Source: Octopus vulgaris (taxonomy: Eukaryota). Taken from it: a stretch of DNA of 64,000 nucleotides. A model generated the notes under the pieces. That model worked only from the letters and a program-made list of their open reading frames with translations. It ran no database searches and had not been told where the DNA came from. The stretch covers positions 89,838,001 through 89,902,000 of the forward strand of contig OX597821.1 of NCBI GenBank assembly GCA_951406725.2, written 5' to 3'. The translations under genes were made by a program, and so were the position numbers. Below, piece by piece: positions 52,746 to 64,000 of the stretch. Position 1 is the stretch's first letter. Every line of letters starts with the position of its first letter.

Positions 52746-53039
52746 AAAGAACCAAAATGGTTATTCTTCATTCAAAACAAATTACAACAGAGATATTAAA
52801 ACAAACACATTTTTATCAATGACTAACATCATAGACTCTAGATTTATGAGCAGAAACATCCTATTTATGATGTCTAGGAAAGAATAGCTCAAAATGTATC
52901 CACTGTTAGGAAGAAATCTAATGTTACAGAGGTGGGTGAAGGAATAAAACATTTAATGAAATGCTGTAAATAGAACAGGTAATTGTGAAATCATTTAAAC
53001 AGATGGCTTTAAAACTCTCCTTAATGATACCGGTTTTTA

Positions 53040-53245
53040 ATTTTGGCACCAGGCCAGCAGTTTCAGAGAAGCAAATAAGTTAATTACATCAACCCCAGTA
53101 CTCAACTGGTACTTATTTTATCGATCCTGCAAGGATGAAAGGCGGAGTCGACCTCAGAAGATTTTGAACTCAGATTGTAATGTCAGACAAAATGCCGTTA
53201 AGTATTTTGCCTAGTATGCTAACAATTCTGCTAGCTTCCAGCTTT
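53040..53245 (-). mobile_element. SINE family B copy
   Basis: Reverse complement of family B; flanking CCTTAATGA(T/C)ACC duplication. Confidence 0.75.
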
Positions 53246-53434
53246 GTCCTTAATGACACCAAAAAATGTTTCTTGTCTCAAGGAAATATTCGTAAGAAAA
53301 TCATATTGTGGAGAATTCCATTCATGAAGGGAGTAACATGGAATCGTTAAGCAATATTTTTGCTTTGTTTGCTTGTAACAGTCTTAGCCTTTATCAATGT
53401 ATAATGTAAAGTCATGACTAAGATGTTTAGATAT

Positions 53435-53668
53435 AAAGGCGGTGAGCTGGCAGAAATGTTAGCACACAGGGTGAAATGCTTAGCAGTATTTCATCTGCCA
53501 TTATGTTCTGAGTTCAAATTCTGCCGAGGTCAACTTTGCCTTTCATCCTTTTGGGCTTGATAAATTAAGTATCAATTACGCACTGGGGTCAATGTAATCA
53601 ATTTAATCCCTTTGTCTGTCCTTGTTTGTCCCCTCTTTGTTTACCCCCCTGTGGGCAATAAAGAAATA
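53435..53668 (+). mobile_element. SINE family B full copy
   Basis: AAGGCGGTGAGCTGGCAGAA...GAGTTCAAATTC...AATAAAGAAA; flanking TAAGATGTTTA duplication. Confidence 0.85.
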
Positions 53669-55184
53669 AGATGTTTAATATACACTAGAATGTGGTGAGA
53701 ATTTTCACTGTTGAAACAGTTTCAGAAGAAAATTTCCTTCCCAAACAACTATGTAAAACACACTAGGCTGTGAATGATGACATTGAACCGTAGGATTCAT
53801 GCATTTCTTCATTGTTGCACATCATCAACTACAAATATCAAAAGTGCATTTCACAGCCTGAAAAGAATAATTCATTCTTAAACAGAACAACAAACACTAC
53901 GTTCGATGATATGGCTAAGTTTTGGTCAAGCTAGAATTAATTAACTTGAGTCGCACGAAGCAGCACTGAATAAAATATATTTGTGTAAATTGATATTTCA
54001 CACATTTGTATACACTTCAACTTGAGAAGATGCCTTGCAACTGCCTGTTCATAAATTCTATTCTATTATACTTAGAATTAGCTTGACCTGTACAATATCT
54101 CTGTCAACTCATTTTTCTATGAATCCCATTTCTGTTCTCTTAATGATGGATTTTTGAGCACTAGGTCTAGTCTGAACATTTACATGTCTTTTTGACATTT
54201 TCTCACATTTTATATGCATACACACACATGTATGTATACAAATTATGTATAATGTGTGTGTGTGTGTGTGTGTGTGGTTGTTTGTATATAAATAATTCTC
54301 CATTTTTGTTTATTTGCATCATAGTTTTATCGACAGTTGTTAATATAATCACTTTTGGCTAATAATAATCTGTATTTGCTCATCACAACAGCAAATGTCA
54401 CTTCAGATATGGCAGACATTCTAAATTCACATGAAGCTGTGGTTGCTGCTGCTGCTGCTGTTGTCGCTGCCATTGTCATCATCATTGTTGCTGCTGCTAC
54501 TGTTGGTGCTGTTGTTGTTCTTCTTCTTTTCCCTACCCCTTTCTCTCTCCCTCACTACCTCTCTGTTTGCCTTCACAGTTTCCTTGTTTTAAATTCTTTG
54601 CTCTAACAGTTTATGTTTATTGAAAAATTCTTTGAGTGGAAATATTCTTAAGGGTTTTCATTAACATTTTTTTTTGTGGGATTTTTGCTGATATTCATCA
54701 AAATGTATCACTGATTCTAATTTCACATTATTTATTTATTTTTTTGCCTTTTAAATTCTATCTTTTTAGTGTGGGTGTTATGATGAGCAAAATTTACTTT
54801 TTAGCTATTTGTGTGTGATTTTCGTTTTGCTTAACTTCCTTCGGATTTCTTTCTTTTTTTTTCCTTCTTTTATATCACTTTGGTAAATTTCCTTATTTTT
54901 ATATATTTGCAAATATTGTTGTTTATTTCTTAGGTAAGAACGCATGAAGAAAAAGGAAGATTAAGTTTATACCATAAAGATGGGAGGGAGTTAGAATAAA
55001 ACACCATAAAAAAAAATAATAAACTCCATAGATATTGAATGTTAGTGTGGAAGTCTCTTTAATTTACAACTTCCAGATCGGCAACGAATGTCTTTGTGAA
55101 AAGCAAGCTTTCAATTTGGAAAGAAAATTGAAAATGGCTATTAGAAAACAACAAACAAACAAAAAAATAACTAGCTAAAGTGTT

Positions 55185-55188
<4 letters not shown>

Positions 55189-55226
<38 letters not shown>

Positions 55227-55227
55227 T

Positions 55228-55264
<37 letters not shown>

Positions 55265-55443
55265 GTATATATATATGTATATATATATAAATATATGTAT
55301 ATATATATGTATATATATATATAAATATATGTATATATATATATATACATATATATATATACATATATATATGTATATTTATATATATATATATTTATAT
55401 ATATATACATATATATATATACATATATATATACATATATTTA

Positions 55444-55530
<87 letters not shown>
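55189..55530. repeat. Long (TA)n microsatellite
   Basis: Directly visible. Confidence 0.95.
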
Positions 55531-55539
<9 letters not shown>

Positions 55540-55949
55540 TGTATGTATATATGCATGTAGTTGCTTTTTTTTCTTTTAATTTGCATATCATTACAGAATG
55601 CCGGAGTGTGTATGTGTCTCGTCTTGTCCTTGTTTCTATTATATTTTGTGTATGTCTTGTGTCTGTGTCTGGTGAATGTGTGTTTGTAGTTAGGCATGTG
55701 CGTGTAGAACATGTCTCTGCTTCTGCGTTTTAAGGTAGAGTGAGCATAAAACATGTACACCTAATCATTAGCAATTCTTTCCTATTACATATTATGTAGT
55801 TGGTACGTGTCTTCGAACCCTCTACTCTGTCTGTCCTAACCCTCTGCCTCTCTCCCTCTCCTTCCTCACTTTCCCCTTCTCTCTCTCTCTTTGTCTTTAT
55901 ATATATATGTGTGTGTGTGTGTTTATATATATTTTATGCATATATGTAT

Positions 55950-56270
55950 GTATATATGTATGTATGTATATATTATATGAATGTATATGGATATATATGC
56001 ATGTATATATATATTATATGAATGTATATGGATATATATGTATGTACATATATATATATGTATATATATATTATATGAATGTATATGGATATATATGTAT
56101 GTACATATATATATATGTATGTATATATTATATGAATGTATATGGATATATATGTATGTACATATATATACATATGTATGTATATATTATATGAATGTAT
56201 ATGGATATATATGTATGTATATATTATATGAATACATATGGATATATATGTATGTATATGTATATATATG
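55950..56270. repeat. AT-rich minisatellite (about 40-58 bp unit containing TATTATATGAATGTATATGGATATATATG)
   Basis: About six recurrences of the unit. Confidence 0.85.
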
Positions 56271-56276
56271 TATTTA

Positions 56277-56321
<45 letters not shown>

Positions 56322-56719
56322 CTGTATCAATGCATATCCTTTGTATCACTTCTGTTTCTCTCTTTCAATTCTCAATTTGTTGTTTAAGATATTTTATGCG
56401 AATGTTCTTGTTATTTTGATGGTGTATATATTTAGCGAATGCTTTTTCTTTTGTTTTCGTTCTCTTGGCAATCTTGAAGTTGTTCACATTCCAGTGGACA
56501 AGGTGTATAATTAAGTACTAACGTTACTTTATTACTCGACTGTGTTATTGAAACATGCCATGTTCACTCCGCACAGACGTTGCTGTGTTTTAGTTTGAAC
56601 GATGTCTCCTTTGTGCGTCTCATGATTTTAAACATGGTTAAACATTAGTGGTTGCTATACATTTCCTTCTTTCCCAATTGCAAATATGTAATCCTTAACA
56701 TTTAGATACATTTCTATAT

Positions 56720-56764
56720 CTTATTATTATCATTATTATTATTAACATTATTATTATTATCCTT

Positions 56765-56802
<38 letters not shown>

Positions 56803-56837
56803 TATTATTATTATTATTATTGTTATCATTGATTTTA

Positions 56838-56874
<37 letters not shown>

Positions 56875-56897
56875 CATTATTATTGTTATTATTATTA

Positions 56898-56928
<31 letters not shown>

Positions 56929-57000
56929 GCTCATCATTATCCTCATCATCATCATCGTCGTCGTCATCATAGTCATCATTGCCATCATCAGTATTATTAT
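56720..57000. repeat. (ATT)/(ATC) microsatellite
   Basis: Directly visible. Confidence 0.9.
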
Positions 57001-57397
57001 TTTTACCAATTACGGTTATGCCTGTTTGTGTCTATTTCTGTTTGGTTGTTTGACATTCTCTGCTTCTTAAGATAAAAATAATAAGCATTGGATTAGCTAA
57101 AGGACAAAACAAAAATAAATATTGAAGGAAAGTAGATAATATACATATATGATAAGTAGTCAACATCTCCTATCTTCTGAGTTCAAATAAGAGTATTGCC
57201 AACTTCTCAATTTTTGTCTCAGATTAAATAATTTAACCACCATTAACATACCTCCAATAGTATAACCAACCATAAAATACCATTGTCAATATAAGCAGTA
57301 GTATTATATTGTGAATAATGTAATGGTATTATACTCTCAGTAATGTAAATAAAATTACAAGTATATTGTTAATGATATAACTCTCTCTTTTCTCTCT

Positions 57398-57802
57398 CAC
57401 TTTTACTTGTTTCAGTCATTTGACTGCGGCCATGCTGGAGCACCGCCTTTAATCGAGCAACTCGATCCCGGGACTTATTCTTTTTGTAAGCCTAGTACTT
57501 ATTTTCTCGGTCTCTTTTGCCGAACTGCTAAGTGACGGGGACATAAACACACCAGCATCGGTTGTCAAGCAATGCTAGGGGGACAAATACAGACACACAA
57601 ACACACACACGCATATATATATATATATACATATATACGACGGGCTTCTTTCAGTTTCTGTCTACCAAATCCACTTACAAGGCTTTGGTCGGCCCGAGGC
57701 TATAGTAGAAGACACTTTCCCAAGGTGCCACGCAGTGGGACTGAACCCGGAACCATGTGGTTGGTAAACAAGCTACTTACCACACAGCCACTCCTGCGCC
57801 TA
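57398..57802 (-). mobile_element. SINE family A copy
   Basis: Reverse complement of family A. Confidence 0.9.
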
Positions 57803-57879
57803 TAACAGTAATATATTTTATATAGTAACAGTATTTTATAACAGTAATATATTTTCTATAATGTAACTAATATATTTAT

Positions 57880-58045
57880 TGTTTTATTGCCCATGGAGGG
57901 GAATAAACATAGAGGGGACAAACAAGGACAGATAAAGTGATTAAGTCGATCACATCGACCGCCAGCGTGTAACTGGTACCTATTTAATCGACCCCGGTAG
58001 GATGAAAGGCAAAGTCGTCCTTGGTGGAATTTGAACTCAGAAGGT
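57880..58045 (-). mobile_element. SINE family B, 5'-truncated
   Basis: AAACATAGAGGGGACAAACAAGGACAG...GAATTTGAACTCAGAA. Confidence 0.8.
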
Positions 58046-59100
58046 AAATGTACCTAATATATTGTCAAGGATGTAACTCTTTTCTCTTTCTCTTTTACTC
58101 CTTTACTCGTTTCAGTAATTTCAAACAATGAACCTTCAAGTATAAATATATAGATATTTATATATTAATAGAGCAAACTACTACAGTATACGAAGATGCA
58201 AAAAAAATTTAAAGTGAGAAGGTATGGTGTTACAAGTCTGACAGCTGTTTCTGGAAGCTCGGAGTTACTTTGTAATGTTGGAAGATGTAGTTCACAAAAA
58301 TATGCAGCCAGTAATGGAAGCAAATAAACATTGGAGAGATTGGATCAGTCCACCATATTTTTTACAGCAACTACAAACCAGATGTGTTTTTCACCTTCAA
58401 CAATTGAGAGCAGTTGCCATATATCATTCCATAACTGCAATCTCTGAGGAGCACAAAGTTACGTAATTGGGATGTTATTTAACACCCCATTGAAACTCTA
58501 GTGTGAAACTGAGTAGTAAGATCAGACGTAATGTATATAAAATGCTGCACATTTCGATTAATATACCCACTCTACTGAAAAGCATACGAAATATTATTTT
58601 TTCTGACTTATGGTTTCATAGACAGTATATAAGATAAATTCAAAGTAGTTAAACTACAGTTTTCAGTCTTTTGCTATTGAACATTAATGAGACATGGACA
58701 CAACTAATTATTCAGAAATGCATGAAGGAAATCATCCTAATATGTGCTGCAGTTTGTTGACCATTTACCCTGAGACAAGTATTTCACTCATTCCTCCATC
58801 ATAAGGCAAACATATAGCAAATTGCTTTTTAAATCGAAGCCAAGCTTGAATTTTGCTGTAATGGTTAGACTAATTTGCATACTATGTGTTTGTCAGCAAG
58901 TGATAAAATAGTTAATGAATATTTATGTATAGCACAGAATGTATGAAAGAAAAAAGCCCAAGATAAATTTAAAGTAATTAAACTTCACATTTCCAACTGT
59001 TTGCTGTTTAAATCGGAACGCTAAAACACATATATACACACACACACACATGCATTCACATACTCAGCACATGTAGCTACACACAGACACACACAGACAT

Positions 59101-59131
<31 letters not shown>

Positions 59132-60615
59132 ATCATACATATTTGATGAGTGCCCTGCATGAAACTGCTAGCCCTTGAGTCACTTGCGTAACTTCTTGCT
59201 GGTTAAAAATAAAAAAGATACATGCACATACACATACACACATACAATCACACACATGCACATGCACACAAACACACACACATATATATGTATATGTATG
59301 CATGTAGCATGCACACTAATTTATCTATGCTCTGTGCAAATGATGTTTTCATGATATAAAATCCAGTTTAAATGAATATCAATGAGGACTTATTGAAAAA
59401 AAAAAATACAACTTTAAAATGCTTTCATCAGTTCATTTTCTGTCTCTCTCTCTTTCTCTCTCCCTCTTTCTACCTGCCTCTCTGTCTTCCTTAAGCTGTC
59501 TCCCATCTTTTCTTTCTTTATCTTTCTTTCGCTTCCTTCCATTCTGGTCCTATATTTTTTCTTATTAATTCTAATTACAGAAATGTGAGCAGATTCACAG
59601 CAATGTTGTTGCCTCTAGTTTTACTGGAGTCATTCCACCATGGAATCTTGTTTAGAGACAAGAAATGGTAGTTCCATTAATTTCTTCTAGCTATCTCCAA
59701 AATCATTTTTTGTTTGGTTGGTGCATATATATTTGTGCATGTATGTGTGTTTGTATGTGTGCACATAAGGGTATGCATGTATGTCTGAATTCAGACGTGT
59801 GTCTGTGTGTTTGAGTGTATGTATATATGTGTGAATGTGTATTTGTATGTGTCTGAAATTGTGTATCAATATATATGTATGCAAGCGTGTTTCTGCACAT
59901 GTGTGAATGCGTAAGTGAATGCATGCTCATATCTATGTGAATGCCTATGCGTAAGCACATGCATACAGCTGTATGAGTCTGCTTCCATCTTTGCGAGTGA
60001 GTGGGTGTGTGTGTGTGTGTGAAACATCTTGTCTTTGGTGTGAGAATAAAAATAGAATAATCGGTGGACATAATTAGGAAATTGCTGAAGTTATTTTTAA
60101 CATTGGAACAATTTTACCATTTTTTCCTTCTTCATGATTTCTTGGGAATCTTTTTCTTTTCTTTTTTTTTTGATATTATTCCATTTCACTTTGAACCAAC
60201 ATCTTCCACCCAGCCCATCCACTTCTTGTGTTACCCCTCTTTCTCTCTTACCCACATTGCCTCTCTCTTTATCTCTTGCCCTTTCTATCTATCTAGCTCT
60301 CTCTTCCTTTCTGTATTACTATCTCTCCTTTGCTCTCTATCAAACATATTCTTTCTATATTTTATGAGGTCAGTCGTTATCATTTGCTTTTTATCTTCTC
60401 TGAGCTACGTTCTATTTGTCTGTCAGTCTGCATACCTTTTTATCTTTCTCCCTATGTAACTCTTTGAAACTCTCAAACTATTGCTCTCATTCTCTACTAA
60501 AATATGCATTCATATATGTATATGCACATAAATGCACACATATACATACATGTAATATACCCATGTGCATATCTGTGTGTATGTGCGTGTTAGTATGATA
60601 TACATTTGTAGGAGC

Positions 60616-60649
<34 letters not shown>

Positions 60650-60739
60650 AATGGTTAGGAAGTATCAAAGAATTACATAAAGGGAACAAGAAAAAAATGA
60701 AGACAGTAATAGTTTTGGTTATATAAATATGTGTGAATT

Positions 60740-60859
<120 letters not shown>

Positions 60860-61671
60860 TACATGTATATATATATATACATATATATATTTATGTAGGT
60901 GTATATGTATATATGTAATATTTACACTTTGGTCCCTCTTGCCTATTATGCTCATTTTAAGTATTCAGCCGTTGCATGCTTCCTGTTTTTGTTACTCTCT
61001 CATCTTTCATTCACCCTTTATTCTATCACCATCTCACACACTCTCTCTCTCTCTCTCTCCCTCTTACATCATTCTATCTCTACCCCCACAAAATACTGCA
61101 TATGTAACAGGGGATGGCTGTGGAACCGTCTGTATTTAATCCTCTTGATGATCACACTTCTTTTATTGCTAAACCATCACACTTTCTCATCCCCCATTAC
61201 ACATTACTATCATCAATTTTTTTCGTGTTAGACTTCCTCCTTACTCTTTTCTATGATTATCCTTTTATCACTCATTATTGACATCAATCATTCTCTCTGT
61301 CTATCACCCATCTTTATTGCTATCCATCACTCTTCCACATTACCCCTTCATCAATCAATACTTGATGGTATTCATCCCACTCTGTTTCATATCACTGTCT
61401 GCCTGTCTGTCTCTCTCTCTCTTTCTCTCTCACTTTATACATTATGTATGTAAGTAGGTGTCTGTCTGTCTGTCGGTCTATCTTTCTATCTATCTATCTA
61501 TATATATATATATATATATACACATATATGTATATATATATATATATATATACCCATGCTAGCATGGAAAGCGGACGTTAAACTATGATGATGATGATGA
61601 TGATGAGATATATATATATAAATATACCCATGCTAGCATGGAAAGCAGACATTAAACTATGATGATGATGA

Positions 61672-61734
<63 letters not shown>

Positions 61735-61799
61735 TATATTATATTATATTATATATATATATATTATATATTATATATATGTATATATTATATATATAT

Positions 61800-61842
<43 letters not shown>

Positions 61843-62929
61843 CACACAATGTAAAGGAATAGAGATTTGAAACCTACATGAGTATCTTATTAACACTATG
61901 ATACAATCCAGATCTGGCCAACCACATTGAACGATAGGAAACATTTAGAATCCTTTAAGATAAACGATTACATGGTAGTTCACATCATTTGATTTCATGC
62001 GGCACACAGCGTATATAACGAAGACATAATAAGGAAGAATGGAAAATTATACAACTCCAAAATTGATTTATTAAAGCATTATTCTCATAAAATTCCGCTC
62101 TCACAAGTGTTTCTGCAGGATATGTGTCCTTGTTTCCTTTGATGTAGCAGCTATATGCATTTAACTTATTTCTAATTATTATGTAGGCTTATTAAAAAAA
62201 AAAGCAGTATTAATAGCAAATGTAATCTTTATGCTCACGTTAGCATGCATGTTATATTAGAACACTGAATATTTTGTTATTTATCTAGAGAGAAACTCTT
62301 GTATGAATTCGTGGTAAATAAAAGCACTTGTATTTATATTGTTGAGAGATAAGAATCGTCTGTTAGAGCCACCAAAATTGTCAGATCATGTAATTTTTGC
62401 CCTGTTTTGGGCTTCTGAGTGGCAGACGTCCATTAGCGAAAAAACAATCAAATCTCACTCTAATAGTAATAAAAAGTACTCAATACAGGAGGTAGAGTAC
62501 AAGTAGCTTAATTGAGTAAATCAAGAGCAAACTGACTGAAACCACAGCATTCTCTGGGAATCTTTTCTTACAATCTATTGACAAGGATTCAGCAAAAGGC
62601 CTAGTACAATAGCTGAGATCAATATTATTACAATTATGGATAAGAGAAAATCATTATTAGTTTATGATTCCTACTTGGTCGAGAAGCATCATAAAGAAAT
62701 AATTAAGATCCCTACAGAGACCTATGATGGCAAGAAAATATCTGGTCCAGCTGGTCTTTACATTTGACACACATTCAGAAATTAAGTGGAAGGTTATAAA
62801 GTTGAAATGCATTCTGTTGCAGATAAAAATGAACAGGCATGACAGGGATGAATTAGAGAAACTCTACCAATTTACCCAGTTTATCTTGAAGATTACAATA
62901 AACTTGAATCATTAGCAAAATAACTTTTA

Positions 62930-63356
62930 GGATCTTCTCAGTTTGAACGGCAGCTTTTAACATAATTTGTAGGTAACTAAAAAATTTTAAACCTCGTATA
63001 CTGGTAGAATGTGTTTATAAAACATCTTTTTCTCTTGGCTTTATTAAGAAAATTCTATAGTTTGTAAGATATTTGTTGTTTTTTTTCTTCAATTTCTGCA
63101 ATTTCAACCAATCAATGATGTCTATTGAGGTAAAAAATATTCTGTGCCGTATGAATATATCCCTCATTTAAGAAACAGATTGGGTTTATTTACATTTGTG
63201 AAGAAAAAAAGATACCCTTCCCCCTACCCCTAACCCTAACTAACCCAAACCCTAAAACAGATTGAAAGGCAATAGATCGATACTAGGGTCCTAATTATGG
63301 GTGACAATTTCATATGACACCGCTAGAAAAAACTGCCGTTCAATCCGAAAAGATCC
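62930..63356. mobile_element. MITE with GGATC termini and internal telomere-like CCCTAA repeats
   Basis: TIRs GGATCTTCTCAGTTTGAACGGCAG / CTGCCGTTCAATCCGAAAAGATCC; CCCTAA-like run at about 63220-63255. Confidence 0.8.
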
Positions 63357-63419
63357 AATTTTAATAGTCCATCTCTCCATCAGATTTACTGAACACTGGA
63401 ATCAGAAATGTAGAAAAAT

Positions 63420-63680
63420 AAAGACCCCACTTTGGTCATAAATGACCATGGAATTGCAACTAGGAAGTTACCCTCCTAGGCACAAATTCAGGCAAGGTTG
63501 TTTTATGGAAGGCAAGCAGTTGCCTATGCATACCAGCCTCTCCTCTCCACGCTACTGATGCTATCCAAGGGAAAGGCAAAGGCTGATACAGCTTGGCACC
63601 AGTGATGTTGCCACTCATTTCCTCAGCTGAGTGAACTGGACTAATGTGAAATAAAGTATCTTGCTCAAGAATACAAAAGT
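63420..63680 (-). mobile_element. SINE family G copy
   Basis: Reverse-complement homolog of 51349-51660. Confidence 0.65.
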
Positions 63681-63777
63681 AGTGTTGCATGTCTGAAGAC
63701 GAGCCCTGTACCATGCAACCAGCTTCTCAAAAAAAAACAAAACCTTACACATGCCTAAGTGAGAAGATTATGAATAT

Positions 63778-64000
63778 TACTCTTTTACTCTTTTACTCTT
63801 TTACTTGTTTCAGTCATTTGACTGCGGCCATGCTGGAGCACCGCCTTTAGTCGAGCAAATCGACCCCGGGACTTATTCTTTGTAAGCCCAGTACTTATTC
63901 TATCAGTCTCTTTTGCCGAACTGCTAAGTGACGGGGACGTAAACACACCAGCATCGGTTGTCAAGCAATGCTAGGGGGACAAACACAGACACACAAACAC
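63778..64000 (-). mobile_element. SINE family A copy, cut by window end
   Basis: 3' half of family A, reverse complement. Confidence 0.9.

Noticed and set aside
58232-58265. Minus-strand GAAAC-AGCU-GUC hammerhead 3' half
   Set aside because: No CUGANGA-like core upstream; at best a truncated remnant
62060-62150. Degenerate GAAAC-ACUU-GUG motif on the minus strand
   Set aside because: Core unrecognisable and the triplet is GUG

Overview
AT-rich, microsatellite-laden eukaryotic non-coding DNA. It is most likely an octopus (cephalopod) intron or intergenic region, inferred from the SINE families and simple-repeat load. No host protein-coding exon can be called with confidence, and most listed ORFs are microsatellite or SINE read-throughs. 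The window is a transposon graveyard: about 22 copies of a tRNA-headed SINE, several other SINE-like families, and RTE and R4/Dong LINE fragments. It also holds a Penelope-like (PLE) GIY-YIG fragment, a fossil Tigger/pogo transposase, an internally deleted Gypsy element and several MITEs. The most interesting signal is a set of nine type I hammerhead ribozyme motifs, mostly minimal, in PLE-type terminal repeats from about five families. Their cores vary: canonical C3-G8, compensatory G3-C8, reconstructed U3-A8, a family-wide A6U, a U4C copy and one with a long branched stem II. A near-perfect inverted repeat with 256-bp arms lies next to the best-preserved ribozyme. All alignments and coordinates were read by eye, so repeat boundaries are approximate.
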